NCBI RefSeq assembly: GCF_009914755.1
Contig: NC_060933.1
From: the human T2T-CHM13v2.0 reference genome, Homo sapiens
Length of the DNA: 64,000 nucleotides
Reading direction: 5' to 3' (one strand)
The notes below the pieces were generated by a model. That model was not told the DNA's origin. It ran no database searches and worked only from the letters and a program-made list of their open reading frames with translations. Below are positions 13,926 through 26,500 of the stretch, one piece after another. A program made the position numbers and the translations under genes. The first letter of the stretch is position 1. Each line of letters starts with the position of its first letter.

Positions 13926-16415
13926 ATGGAATGGAATGGAATGGAATGGAATCAAACCGAGTGCAGGGGAATGGAATGCAATGCAATGCAATGGAATGGA
14001 ATCATCCGGAATGGAATGGAAAGGAATGGAATGGAATGCAATGGAATGGAATCAATCAAACCGAGTGTAATGGAATGGAGTGGAATGGAATGGAATGGAT
14101 TGGAAACTACCCGAATGGAATGGAATGGAGTGTAAGGGAATTGAAAAGAATCAATCCGAATGTAATGGAATGGAATGGAACGGAGTGCAAAGGAATGGAA
14201 TGAAATGGAATGGAATGGAATGGAATGGAATGGACACGTGTGCAATGGAATAGAATCGAATGAAATGGAATGGAATGGAATGGAATGGAATGGAATGGAA
14301 TCAACTCGAATGGAATGGAAAGGAATGGAATCAACCCGAGCGGAATGGCATGGCATGGAATGGAATGGAATGGAGTGGAATGGAATGGAATGGAATGGAA
14401 TAGTACGGAATAGAATGGAATGGTACGATATGGAATGGAATCGAATGGAATGGAATGGAATGGAATCAACCCGAGTGCAGGGGAAAGGAATGGAATGGAA
14501 TGCAATGGAATGGAGTCAACCCGAGTGGAAAGGAATGGAAAGACTGGAATGGAATTGAATTGAATGGAACGGAGTGGAATGGAATCAACCCGATTGCAAT
14601 GGAATGGAATGGAATTAACCCGAATAGAATGGAATGGAACGGAATGGAACGGAATGGAATGGAATGGAAAGGAATGGAATCAACCCGAGTGCAGGTTAAT
14701 GGAATGGAATGGAATGCAATGGAATGGAATCATCCGGAATGGAATGGAATGGAATCGAATGGAATGGAATGGAATCAACCCGAGTGCAATGGAATGGAGT
14801 GAAATGGAATGGAATGGAATGGAAACAACCAGAATGGATTGGAATATAATGGAGTGTAAGGGAATTGAATAGAGTCAAGCCTAATGTAATGGAATGGAAT
14901 GGAACGGAATGGAATGGAATGGAACGGAATGAAATGGAATGCAATGGAATGGAATAGAATCAACCAGAGTGCAATGGAATGGAATGGAACGGAATGGAAT
15001 GGAATGGAATGGAAAGAATTCAACCCGAATGGAATGGAAAGGAATGGAATCAACCCGATTGGAATGCCATGGAATGGAATGGAATGGAATGGAATGGAAC
15101 GGAGTGGAATGGAATGGAATGGAATGGAATGGAATGGTAAGGAATAGAATTGAATGGAACGAAATAGAATGGAGTGGAATGGAATGGAATGGAATCGAAT
15201 GGAATGGAATGGAATCATTCCGAGTGGAATAGAAGGGAATGTATTTGAGTGGAATGGAAAGGAATGGAAACAACCAGAGTGGAATGGAAGGGAATGGAAT
15301 GTAATGAAAAGGAATAGAATGGAATCAACCCGAGTGGAATGGAATGGAAAGGAATGGAATGGAATGGAATGGAAAGGAATGGAATGGAATCAACTCGAGT
15401 GGAATGGAATGGAATGGAATGGATTGGAATGGATTGCAATGGAATGAAATGGAATGGAATGGAATGGAATCAATCATTCTGAGTGGAATGGAAGGGAATG
15501 TAATGGAGTGGAAGAAAGGAATGGAATCAACCCGAGTGGAATGCAAGGGAATGGAAGGGAATGGAAAGGAATAGAATGGAATCAACCCAAGTGGAATGGA
15601 ATGCAAAGGAATGGAATGGAATGGAATCAATCAACTCGTGTGCAATGGAATCGAGTGGAATGCAATGGAATGGAATGGAAACTACCCGAATGGAATGGAA
15701 TGAAGGAATGGAATGGAATGGAATGGAATGGAATGGAATGGAATGGAATGAACCCGTGTGCAATGGAATGGAATGGAATGGATTCAACTCGAATGGAATC
15801 AACTCGATTGCAATGGAATGGAATGGAATGGAAGGGAATAGAATGGAATCAACCCGAGTGGAATGGAATGGAAAGGACTGGAATGAAGTGGAATGGAATG
15901 GAATGGAATTAACCCGAATAGAATGGAATGAAACGGAATGGAACGGAATGGAATGGAATGGAATGGAATGGAATCAACCCGAGTGTAGGGGAATGGAATT
16001 GAATGGAATGCAATGGAATGGAATCATCCGGAATGTAAAGGAATGGAATGGAATGGAATGGAATGGAATGGAATGGAATGGAATGGAATCAACTCGATAT
16101 CACTGGAATGGAATGGAATAGAATGGAATGGAATTAACACGAATAGAATGGAATGGAATGGAATGGAATGGAACAGAAAGGAATGGAATGGAATGGAATT
16201 GAATCAACCCAAGTGCAGGGGAATGGAATGGAATGGAATTCAATGGAATGGAATCATCCGGAATGGAATGGAATGGATTGGAATGGAATGGAATAGAATC
16301 AATCCGAGTGCAATGGAATGGAGAGGAATGGAATTGAATGGAATGGAAACTACCCGAATGGAATGGAATATAATGGAATTGAATAGAATGAATCCGAATG
16401 GAATGGAATGGAATG
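13926..16415 (+). repeat. ~2.5 kb direct repeat, copy 1 (pairs with 16938-19433)
   Basis: ORF track pairs are identical at a constant offset of 3012 (13952/16964, 14107/17119, 14455/17467, 14775/17787, 15527/18539). Rare variants are shared (GAGTCAAGCCTAAT, GCAGGTTAAT, CTCGATATCACTGG). Confidence 0.93.
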
Positions 16416-16937
16416 GAATGGAATGAACCCATGTGCAATGTAATGGAATGGAATGGAATGGAATGGATTCAACTCGAATGGAATCAACTCGATTGCAATG
16501 GAATGGAATGGAATGGAAAGGAAAAGAATGGAATCAACCCGAGTGGAATGGAATGGAAAGGACTGGAATGGAGTGGAATGGAATGGAATGGAATTAACCC
16601 GATTAGAATGGAAAGGAATGGAATGGAACGGAATGGAATGGAATGGAATGGAATGGATTCAACCCGAGTGCAGGGGAATGGAATGGAATGGAATGAAATG
16701 GAATGGAATGGAATGGATTCAACCCGAGTGCAGGGGAATGGAATGGAATGGAATGCAATGGAATGGAATCATCCGGAATGGAATGGAATGGAATGGAATG
16801 GAATGGAATCAACTTGATTTGAATGGAATGGAATGGAATGGAATGGAATGGAATCAACTCGATTTCAATGGAATGGAATGGGATAGAATGGAATGGAATT
16901 AACCCGAATAGAATGGAATGGAATGGAATGGAACGGA

Positions 16938-19433
16938 ATGGAATGGAATGGAATGGAATGGAATCAAACCGAGTGCAGGGGAATGGAATGCAATGCAATG
17001 CAATGGAATGGAATCATCCGGAATGGAATGGAAAGGAATGGAATGGAATGCAATGGAATGGAATCAATCAAACCGAGTGCAATGGAATGGAGTGGAATGG
17101 AATGGAATGGATTGGAAACTACCCGAATGGAATGGAATGGAGTGTAAGGGAATTGAAAAGAATCAATCCGAATGTAATGGAATGGAATGGAACGGAGTGC
17201 AAAGGAATGGAATGAAATGGAATGGAATGGAATGGAATGGAATGGACACGTGTGCAATGGAATAGAATCGAATGAAATGGAATGGAATGGAATGGAATGG
17301 AATGGAATGGAATCAACTCGAATGGAATGGAAAGGAATGGAATCAACCCGAGCGGAATGGCATGGCATGGAATGGAATGGAATGGAGTGGAATGGAATGG
17401 AATGGAATGGAATAGTACGGAATAGAATGGAATGGTACGATATGGAATGGAATCGAATGGAATGGAATGGAATGGAATCAACCCGAGTGCAGGGGAAAGG
17501 AATGGAATGGAATGCAATGGAATGGAGTCAACCCGAGTGGAAAGGAATGGAAAGACTGGAATGGAATTGAATTGAATGGAACGGAGTGGAATGGAATCAA
17601 CCCGATTGCAATGGAATGGAATGGAATTAACCCGAATAGAATGGAATGGAACGGAATGGAACGGAATGGAATGGAATGGAAAGGAATGGAATCAACCCGA
17701 GTGCAGGTTAATGGAATGGAATGGAATGCAATGGAATGGAATCATCCGGAATGGAATGGAATGGAATCGAATGGAATGGAATGGAATCAACCCGAGTGCA
17801 ATGGAATGGAGTGAAATGGAATGGAATGGAATGGAAACAACCAGAATGGATTGGAATATAATGGAGTGTAAGGGAATTGAATAGAGTCAAGCCTAATGTA
17901 ATGGAATGGAATGGAACGGAATGGAATGGAATGGAACGGAATGAAATGGAATGCAATGGAATGGAATAGAATCAACCAGAGTGCAATGGAATGGAATGGA
18001 ACGGAATGGAATGGAATGGAATGGAAAGAATTCAACCCGAATGGAATGGAAAGGAATGGAATCAACCCGATTGGAATGCCATGGAATGGAATGGAATGGA
18101 ATGGAATGGAACGGAGTGGAATGGAATGGAATGGAATGGAATGGAATGGTAAGGAATAGAATTGAATGGAACGAAATAGAATGGAGTGGAATGGAATGGA
18201 ATGGAATCGAATGGAATGGAATGGAATCATTCCGAGTGGAATAGAAGGGAATGTATTTGAGTGGAATGGAAAGGAATGGAAACAACCAGAGTGGAATGGA
18301 AGGGAATGGAATGTAATGAAAAGGAATAGAATGGAATCAACCCGAGTGGAATGGAATGGAAAGGAATGGAATGGAATGGAATGGAAAGGAATGGAATGGA
18401 ATCAACTCGAGTGGAATGGAATGGAATGGAATGGATTGGAATGTATTGCAATGGAATGAAATGGAATGGAATGGAATGGAATCAATCATTCTGAGTGGAA
18501 TGGAAGGGAATGTAATGGAGTGGAAGAAAGGAATGGAATCAACCCGAGTGGAATGCAAGGGAATGGAAGGGAATGGAAAGGAATAGAATGGAATCAACCC
18601 AAGTGGAATGGAATGCAAAGGAATGGAATGGAATGGAATCAATCAACTCGTGTGCAATGGAATCGAGTGGAATGCAATGGAATGGAATGGAAACTACCCG
18701 AATGGAATGGAATGAAGGAATTGAATGGAATGGAATGGAATGGAATGGAATGGAATGGAATGAACCCGTGTGCAATGGAATGGAATGGAATGGATTCAAC
18801 TCGAATGGAATCAACTCGATTGCAATGGAATGGAATGGAATGGAAGGGAATAGAATGGAATCAACCCGAGTGGAATGGAATGGAAAGGACTGGAATGAAG
18901 TGGAATGGAATGGAATGGAATTAACCCGAATAGAATGGAATGAAACGGAATGGAACGGAATGGAATGGAATGGAATGGAATGGAATCAACCCGAGTGTAG
19001 GGGAATGGAATTGAATGGAATGCAATGGAATGGAATCATCCGGAATGTAAAGGAATGGAATGGAATGGAATGGAATGGAATGGAATGGAATGGAATGGAA
19101 TCAACTCGATATCACTGGAATGGAATGGAATAGAATGGAATGGAATTAACACGAATAGAATGGAATGGAATGGAATGGAATGGAACAGAAAGGAATGGAA
19201 TGGAATGGAATTGAATCAACCCAAGTGCAGGGGAATGGAATGGAATGGAATTCAATGGAATGGAATCATCCGGAATGGAATGGAATGGAATGGAATGGAA
19301 TGGAATGGAATGGAATCAATCCGAGTGCAATGGAATGGAGAGGAATGGAATTGAATGGAATGGAAACTACCCGAATGGAATGGAATATAATGGAATTGAA
19401 TAGAATGAATCCGAATGGAATGGAATGGAATGG
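16938..19433 (+). repeat. ~2.5 kb direct repeat, copy 2
   Basis: Matches 13926-16415. Differences I found are T14068/C17080, G15432/T18444, G15710/T18722, plus a few changes and one pentamer indel near the 3' end. Confidence 0.93.
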
Positions 19434-20295
19434 AACGGAATGGAATGGAATGGAATGGAATGCAATGCCATGGAATCAACCCGAGTGCAATCAAATGGAA
19501 TCGAACGGAATGGAATGCAATGGAATGGATTCAACTTGAATGGAATGGAAAGAATGGAATCAACACGAGTGGAATGGCATGGATTGGAATGGAATGGAAT
19601 GGAATCAACCCGAGTACAGGGGAAAGGAATGGATTGGAATGGAATGAAATGGAATGGAATCATCCGTAATGTAATGGAAAGGAATGGAATGGAATGGAAT
19701 GGAATGGAATGGAATGGAATCAACTCGATTGCAATCGAATGGAATGGAATGGAATTAACCCGAATAGAATGGAATGGAATGGAATGGAATGGAACGGAAC
19801 GGAATAGAATGGAATCGAATGGAACGGAACGGAACGGAACGGAATGGAATGGAATGGAATGGAATGGAATCATCGCGAGTGCAGGGGAATGGTATGGAAT
19901 GGAATGCAATGGAATGGAATCTTCAAGAATGGAATGGAATGGAATGGAATAGAATGGAATGGAATGGAATGGAATGGAATCAACCCGAATACAGGGGAAT
20001 GGAATGGAATGTAATACAATGGAATGGAATCATCCGTAATGGAATGGAAAAGAATGGAATGGAATGGAATGGAATGGAATGGAATGGAATGGAATGGAAA
20101 CAACTCGATTGCAATCGAATGGAATGGAATGGAATTAACCCGAATAGAATGGAATGGAATGGAACAGAACGGAACGGAACGGAATGGAATGGAATGTAAT
20201 GGAACAGGACGGAACGGAATGGAATGGAATGGAATGGAATGGAATAGAATCAACGCGAGTGCAGGGGACTGGAATGGAATGGAATGCAATGGAAT

Positions 20296-20310
20296 GGAAT
20301 CTTCCGGAAT
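20296..20310. promoter_or_regulatory. Representative perfect heat-shock element nGAAn-nTTCn-nGAAn (GGAATCTTCCGGAAT); ~29 such sites in the window; putative HSF1 site
   Basis: Exact match to the canonical three-unit HSE consensus. HSF1 binding to satellite III is established, but binding at this array is not shown by sequence. Confidence 0.5.
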
Positions 20311-23300
20311 GGAATGGAATGGAATGGAATGGAATGCAATGGATTCAACTCGATTGCAATGGAATGGAATAGAATGGAATGGAATGGAATGGAATGGAAT
20401 TAACCCGAATAGAATGGAATGGAATGGAATGGAACGGAACGGAACGGAACGGAACGGAACAGAATGGAATGGAATGGAATGGAATGGAATTGTATGGAAT
20501 GAAATGGAATGGTACGGAATAGAATGGAATGGAAGGAATTGGAATGGAATGGAATCGAATGGAATGGAATGAAATGCAATGGAATCAACCCGAGTGCAGG
20601 GGAATGTAATGGAACGGAATGCAATGGAATGCAATCATCCGGAATGGAATGGAATTGAGTGGAATGGAATCAACCCGAGTGCAACGGAATGGAGTGGAAC
20701 GAAATGGAATGGAATGGAACAACCCGAATGGCATGGAATGTAATGGAGAGTAAGGGAGTTGAAAAGAATCAATCCGAATGTAATGGAATGAAATGAAACG
20801 GAATGGAATGGAATGGAATGGAATGGAATGGAATGGAATGGAATGGAAAGCAATGGAATGGAATCAACCCGAGTACAATGGAATGGAATGGAATGGAATG
20901 GAATGGAATGGAATGGAATGGAATGGAATGGAATGCAATGGAATGGAATCTTCCGGAATGGAATGGAATCGAATGGAATGGAATGGAATGGAATTAAACC
21001 GAATAGAGTGGAATGGAATGGAATGGAACGGAACGGAGCGGAACGGAGTGGAATGGAAAGGAGTGGAATTGTATGGAATGGAATGGCATGGTACAGAATA
21101 CAATGGAATGGAAAGAATTGGAATGGAATGGAATCGAATGGAATGGAATGGAATGTAATGGAATCAACCCGAGTGCAGGGGAATGTAATGGAACGGAATG
21201 CAATGGAATGGAATCATCCGGAATGGAATGGAATGGAATAGAATGGAATCAATCCGAGTGCAATGGAATGGAGTGGAATGGAATGGAATGGAATGGAACA
21301 ACCCGAATGGAATGGAATGTAATGGAGAGTAAGGCAGTTGAAAAGAATCAATCCGAATGTAATGGAATGGAATGGAACAGAATGGAATGGAATGGAATGG
21401 AATGGAATGGAATGGAATGGAATGCAATGGAATGGAATCAACCCGAGTACAATGGAATGGAATGGAATGGAATGGAATGGAATGGAATGGAATGGAATGG
21501 AATGGAATGCAATGGAATGGAATCTTCCGGAATGGAATAGAATGGAATGGAATGGAATGGAATGGAATGCAATGGATTCAACTCGATTGCAATGGAATGG
21601 AATAGAATGGAATGGAAAGGAATGGAATGGAATGGAATTAAACCGAATAGAATGGAATGGAATGGAATGGAACGGAACAGAACGGAACGGAACGGAAAGG
21701 AGGGGAATGGAATGGAATGGAATTGTATGGAATGGAATGGAATGGTACGGAATAGAATGGAATGCAAAGAATTGGAATGGAATGGAATCGAATGGAATGG
21801 AATGGAATGGAATGGAATCAACCGGAGTGCAGGGGAATGTAATGGAACGGAATGCAATGGAATGGAATCATCTGGAATGGAATGGAATGGAATGGAATGG
21901 AATGGAATGGAATCAACCTGAGCGCAATGGAATGGAGTGAAATGGAATGGAATGGAATGGAGACAACCAGAATGGATTGGAATATAATGGAGTGTAAGGG
22001 AATTGAATAGAATCAATATGAATGTAATGAAATGGAATGGAACGGAATGGAATGGAATGGAATGGAATGGAATGGAATGCAATGGAATGGAATCAACCCG
22101 AGTGCAATCGAATGGAATCGAATGGAATGGAATGCAATGAAATGGATTCAACTTGAATGGAATGGAAAGAATGGAATCAACACGAGTGGAATGGCATGGA
22201 TTGGAATGGAATGGAATGGAATCAACCCGAGTATAGGGGAATGGAATGGAATGCAATGCAATGGAATGGAATCATCCGTAATGGAATGGAAAGGAATGGA
22301 ATGGAATGGAATGGAATGGAATGGAATGGAATCAACTCGATTGCAATCGAATGGAATGGAATGGAATTAACCCGAATAGAATGGAATGGAATGGAATGGA
22401 ACGGAACGGAATGGAATGGAATGGAATGGAATGGAATGGAATGGAACGGAAAGGAAGGGAATGGAATGGAATAGAATGGAATGGAATGGAATCAACGCGA
22501 GTGCAGGGGAATGGAATGGAATGGAATGCAATGGAATGGAATCTTCCGGAATGGAATGGAATAGAATGGAATGGAATGGAATGGAATCAACCCGAGTGCA
22601 ATGGAATGGAGTGGAATGGAATGGAATGGAAGGGAACAACCCGAATGGAATGGAGTGGAATGGAGAGTAAGGGAGTTGAATAGAATCAATCCAAATGTAA
22701 TGGAATGGAATGGAACGGAATGGAATTGAATGGAATGGAATGGAATGCAATGGAATGGAATCAACCCGAGTGCAATGGAATGGAGAGGAATGGAATGGAA
22801 TGGAATGGAAACTACCCGAATGGAATGGAATGTAATGGAGTGTAAGGGAATTGAATAGAATCAATCCGAATGTAATGGAATGGAATGGAACGGAATGGAA
22901 TGGAATGGAATGGAATGGAATGGAATGCAATGGAATGGAATCAACCCGAGTGCAATCGAATGGAATCGAATGGAATGGAATGCAATGGAATGGATTCAAC
23001 TTGAATGGAATGGAAAGAATGGAATCAACACGAGTGGAATGGCATGGATTGGAATGGAATGGAATGGAATCAACCCGAGTACAGGGGAATGGAATGGAAT
23101 GGAATGCAATGGAATGGAATCATCCGTAATGGAATGGAAAGGAATGGAATGGAATGGAACGGAATGGAATGGAATGGAATGGAATGGAATCAACTCGATT
23201 GCAATCGAATGGAATGGAATGGAATTAACCCGAATAGACTGCAATGGAATGGAATGGAACGGAACGTAATGGAATGGAATGGAATGGAATGGAATGGAAC

Positions 23301-23535
23301 GGAACGGAATGGAATGGAATGGAATGGAATGGAATGGAATCAACGCGAGTGCAGGGGAATGGAATGGAATGGAATGCAATGGAATGGAATCTTCCGGAAT
23401 GGAATGGAATGGAATGGAATGGAATGGAATGGAATGAAATGCAATGGATTCAACTCGATTGCAATGGAATGGAATAGAATGGAATGGAATGGAATGGAAT
23501 GGAATTAATCCGAATAGAATGGAATGGAATGGAAT

Positions 23536-23580
23536 GGAACGGAACGGAACGGAACGGAACGGAACGGAACGGAACGGAAC
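23536..23580 (+). repeat. (GGAAC)9 variant-pentamer run
   Basis: Nine consecutive GGAAC units downstream of TTAATCCGAATAGA. Confidence 0.9.
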
Positions 23581-26500
23581 GGAATGGAATGGAATGGAAT
23601 GGAATGGAATGGAATGGTACGGAATAGAATGGAATGGAACGAATTGTAATGGAATGGAATTGAATATAATGAAATGGAATGGAATGGAATGGAATCAACG
23701 CGAGTGCAGGGGAATGTAATGGAACGGAATGCAATGGAATGGAATCATCCGGAATGGAATGGAATGGAATGGAATGGAATGGAATGGAATCAACCCGAGT
23801 GCAATGGAATGGAGTGGAATGGAATGGAATGGAATGGAACAACCCGAATGGAATGGAATGAAATGGAGAGTAAGGGAGTTGAATAGAATCAATCCGAATG
23901 TAATGGAATGGAATGCAACGGAATGGAATGGAATGGAATGGAATGGAATGCAACGGAATGGAATCAACCCGAGTACAATGGAATGGAATGGAATGGAATG
24001 GAATGGAATGGAATGGAATGGATTGGAATACCTTCAAACCGAATGGTATGGAAAGGAATGGAATCAACACGAGTGGAATGGAATGGAATGGAATGGAATG
24101 GAATGGCATGGAATGGAATGGAATGATACGGAATAGAATGGAATGGAACGAAATGGAACGAAATGGAATGGAATGGAATGGAATGGAATGGAATGGAATG
24201 GAATGGAATGGAATGGAATGGAATCGTTCCGAGTGGAATAGGAGGGAATGTATTCGAGTGGAATGGAAAGGAATGGAATCAACCAGAGTAGAATGGAAGG
24301 GAATGGAATGGAATGGAAACTAATAGAATGGAATCAACCCGAGTGGAATGGAATGGAAAAGACTGGAATGGAAAGGAATGGAATGGAATTGAATGGAATG
24401 GAATGGAATGGAATGGAATCAACGCGAGTGCAGGGGAATAGAATGGAATCGAATGGAATGGAATGGAATCAACCCGAGTGCAGGGGAATGTAATGGAACG
24501 GAATGCAATGGAATGGAATCATCCGGAATGGAATGGAATGGAATGGAATGGAATCAACCCGAGTGAAATGGAATGGAGTGGACTGGAATGGAATGGAATG
24601 GAACAACCCGAATGGAATGGAATCTAATGGAGAGTAAGGGAGTTCAAAAGAATCAATCTGAATGTAATGGAATGGAATGGAACGGAATGGAATGGAATGG
24701 AATGGAATGGAATGGAATGGAATGGAATGGAATGGAAAGCAATGGAATGGAATCAACCCGAGTACAATGGAATGGAATGGAATGGAATGGAATGGAATGG
24801 AATGGAATGCAATGGAATGGAATCTTCCGGAATGGAATGGAATGGAATAGAATGGAATGGAATGGAATGCAATGGATTCAACTCGATTGCAATGGAATGG
24901 AATAGAATGTAATGGAATGGAATGGAATGGAATTAAACCGAATAGAATGGAATGGAATGGAATGGAACGGAACGGAACGGAACGGAATGGAACGGAGTGG
25001 AATTGAAAGGAATGGAATTGTATGGAATGGAATGGCATGGTACGGAATAGAATGGAATGGAAAGATTTGGAATGGAATGGAATCGAATGGAATGGAATGG
25101 AATGGAATGGAATGGAATCAACTCGATTGCAATCGAATGGAATGGAATGGAATTAACCCGAATAGAATGGAATGGAATGGAATGGAACGGAACGGAATGG
25201 AATGGAATGGAATGGAATGGAATGGAACGGAAAGGAATGGAATGGAATGGAATGGAATGGAATGGAATGGAATCAACGCGAGTGCAGGTGAATGGAATGG
25301 AATGGAATGGAATGGAATGGAATGGAATCTTCCGGAATGGAATGGAATGGAATGGAATCAACCCGACTGCAATGGAATTGAGTGGAATGGAATGGAATGG
25401 AATGGAACAACCCGAATTGAATGGAATGTAATGGAGAGTAAGGGAGTTGAATAGAATCAATCCGAATGTAATGGAATGGAATGGAACAGAATGGAATGGA
25501 ATGGAATGGAATGGAATTGAATGGAATGGAATGGAATCAACGCGAGTGCAGGGGAATGTAATGGAACGGAATGCAATGCAATGGAATCATCCGGAATGGA
25601 ATGGAATGGAATGGAATGGAATGGAATCAACCCGAGTACAGGGGAATGGAATGGAATGGAATGCAATGGAATGGAATCATCCGTAATGGAATGGAAAGGA
25701 ATGGAATGGAATGGAATGGAATGGATTCAACTAGATTGCAATGGAATGGATTGGAATGGAATGCAATGGAATGGAATCATCCGTAATGGAATGGAAAGGA
25801 ATGGAATGGAATGGAATGGAATGGATTCAACTCGATTGCAATGGAATGGAATAGAATGGAATGGAATGGAATGGAATGGAATTAATCCGAGTAGAATGGA
25901 ATGGAATGGAATGGAACGGAATGGAACGGAATGGAATGGAATGGAATGGTATGGAATGGAATGGAAAGGTACGGAATAGAATGGAATGGAACGAATTGTA
26001 ATGGAATGGAATTGAATGGAATGGAATGGAATGGAATGGAATCAACGCGAGTGCAGGGGAATGTAATGGAACGGAATGCAATGGAATGGAATCATCCGGA
26101 ATGGAATGGAATGGAATGGAATGGAATGGAATAAACCCGAGTGCAATGGAATGGAGTGGAATGGAATGGAATGGAATGGAACAACCCGAATGGAATGGAA
26201 TGGAATGGAGAGTAAGGGAGTTGAATAGAATCAATCCGAATGTAATGGAATGGAATGCAACGGAATGGAATGGAATGGAATGGAATGGAATGCAATGGAA
26301 TTGAATCAACCCGAGTACAATGGAATGGAATGGAATGGAATGGAATGGAATGGAATGGAATGGAATGGAATGGAATGATACGGAATAGAATGGAATGGAA
26401 CGAAATGGAATGGAATGGAATGGAATGGAATGGAATGGAATGGAATGGAATGGAATGGAATGGAATCGTTCCGAGTGGAATAGGAGGGAATGTTTTCGAG

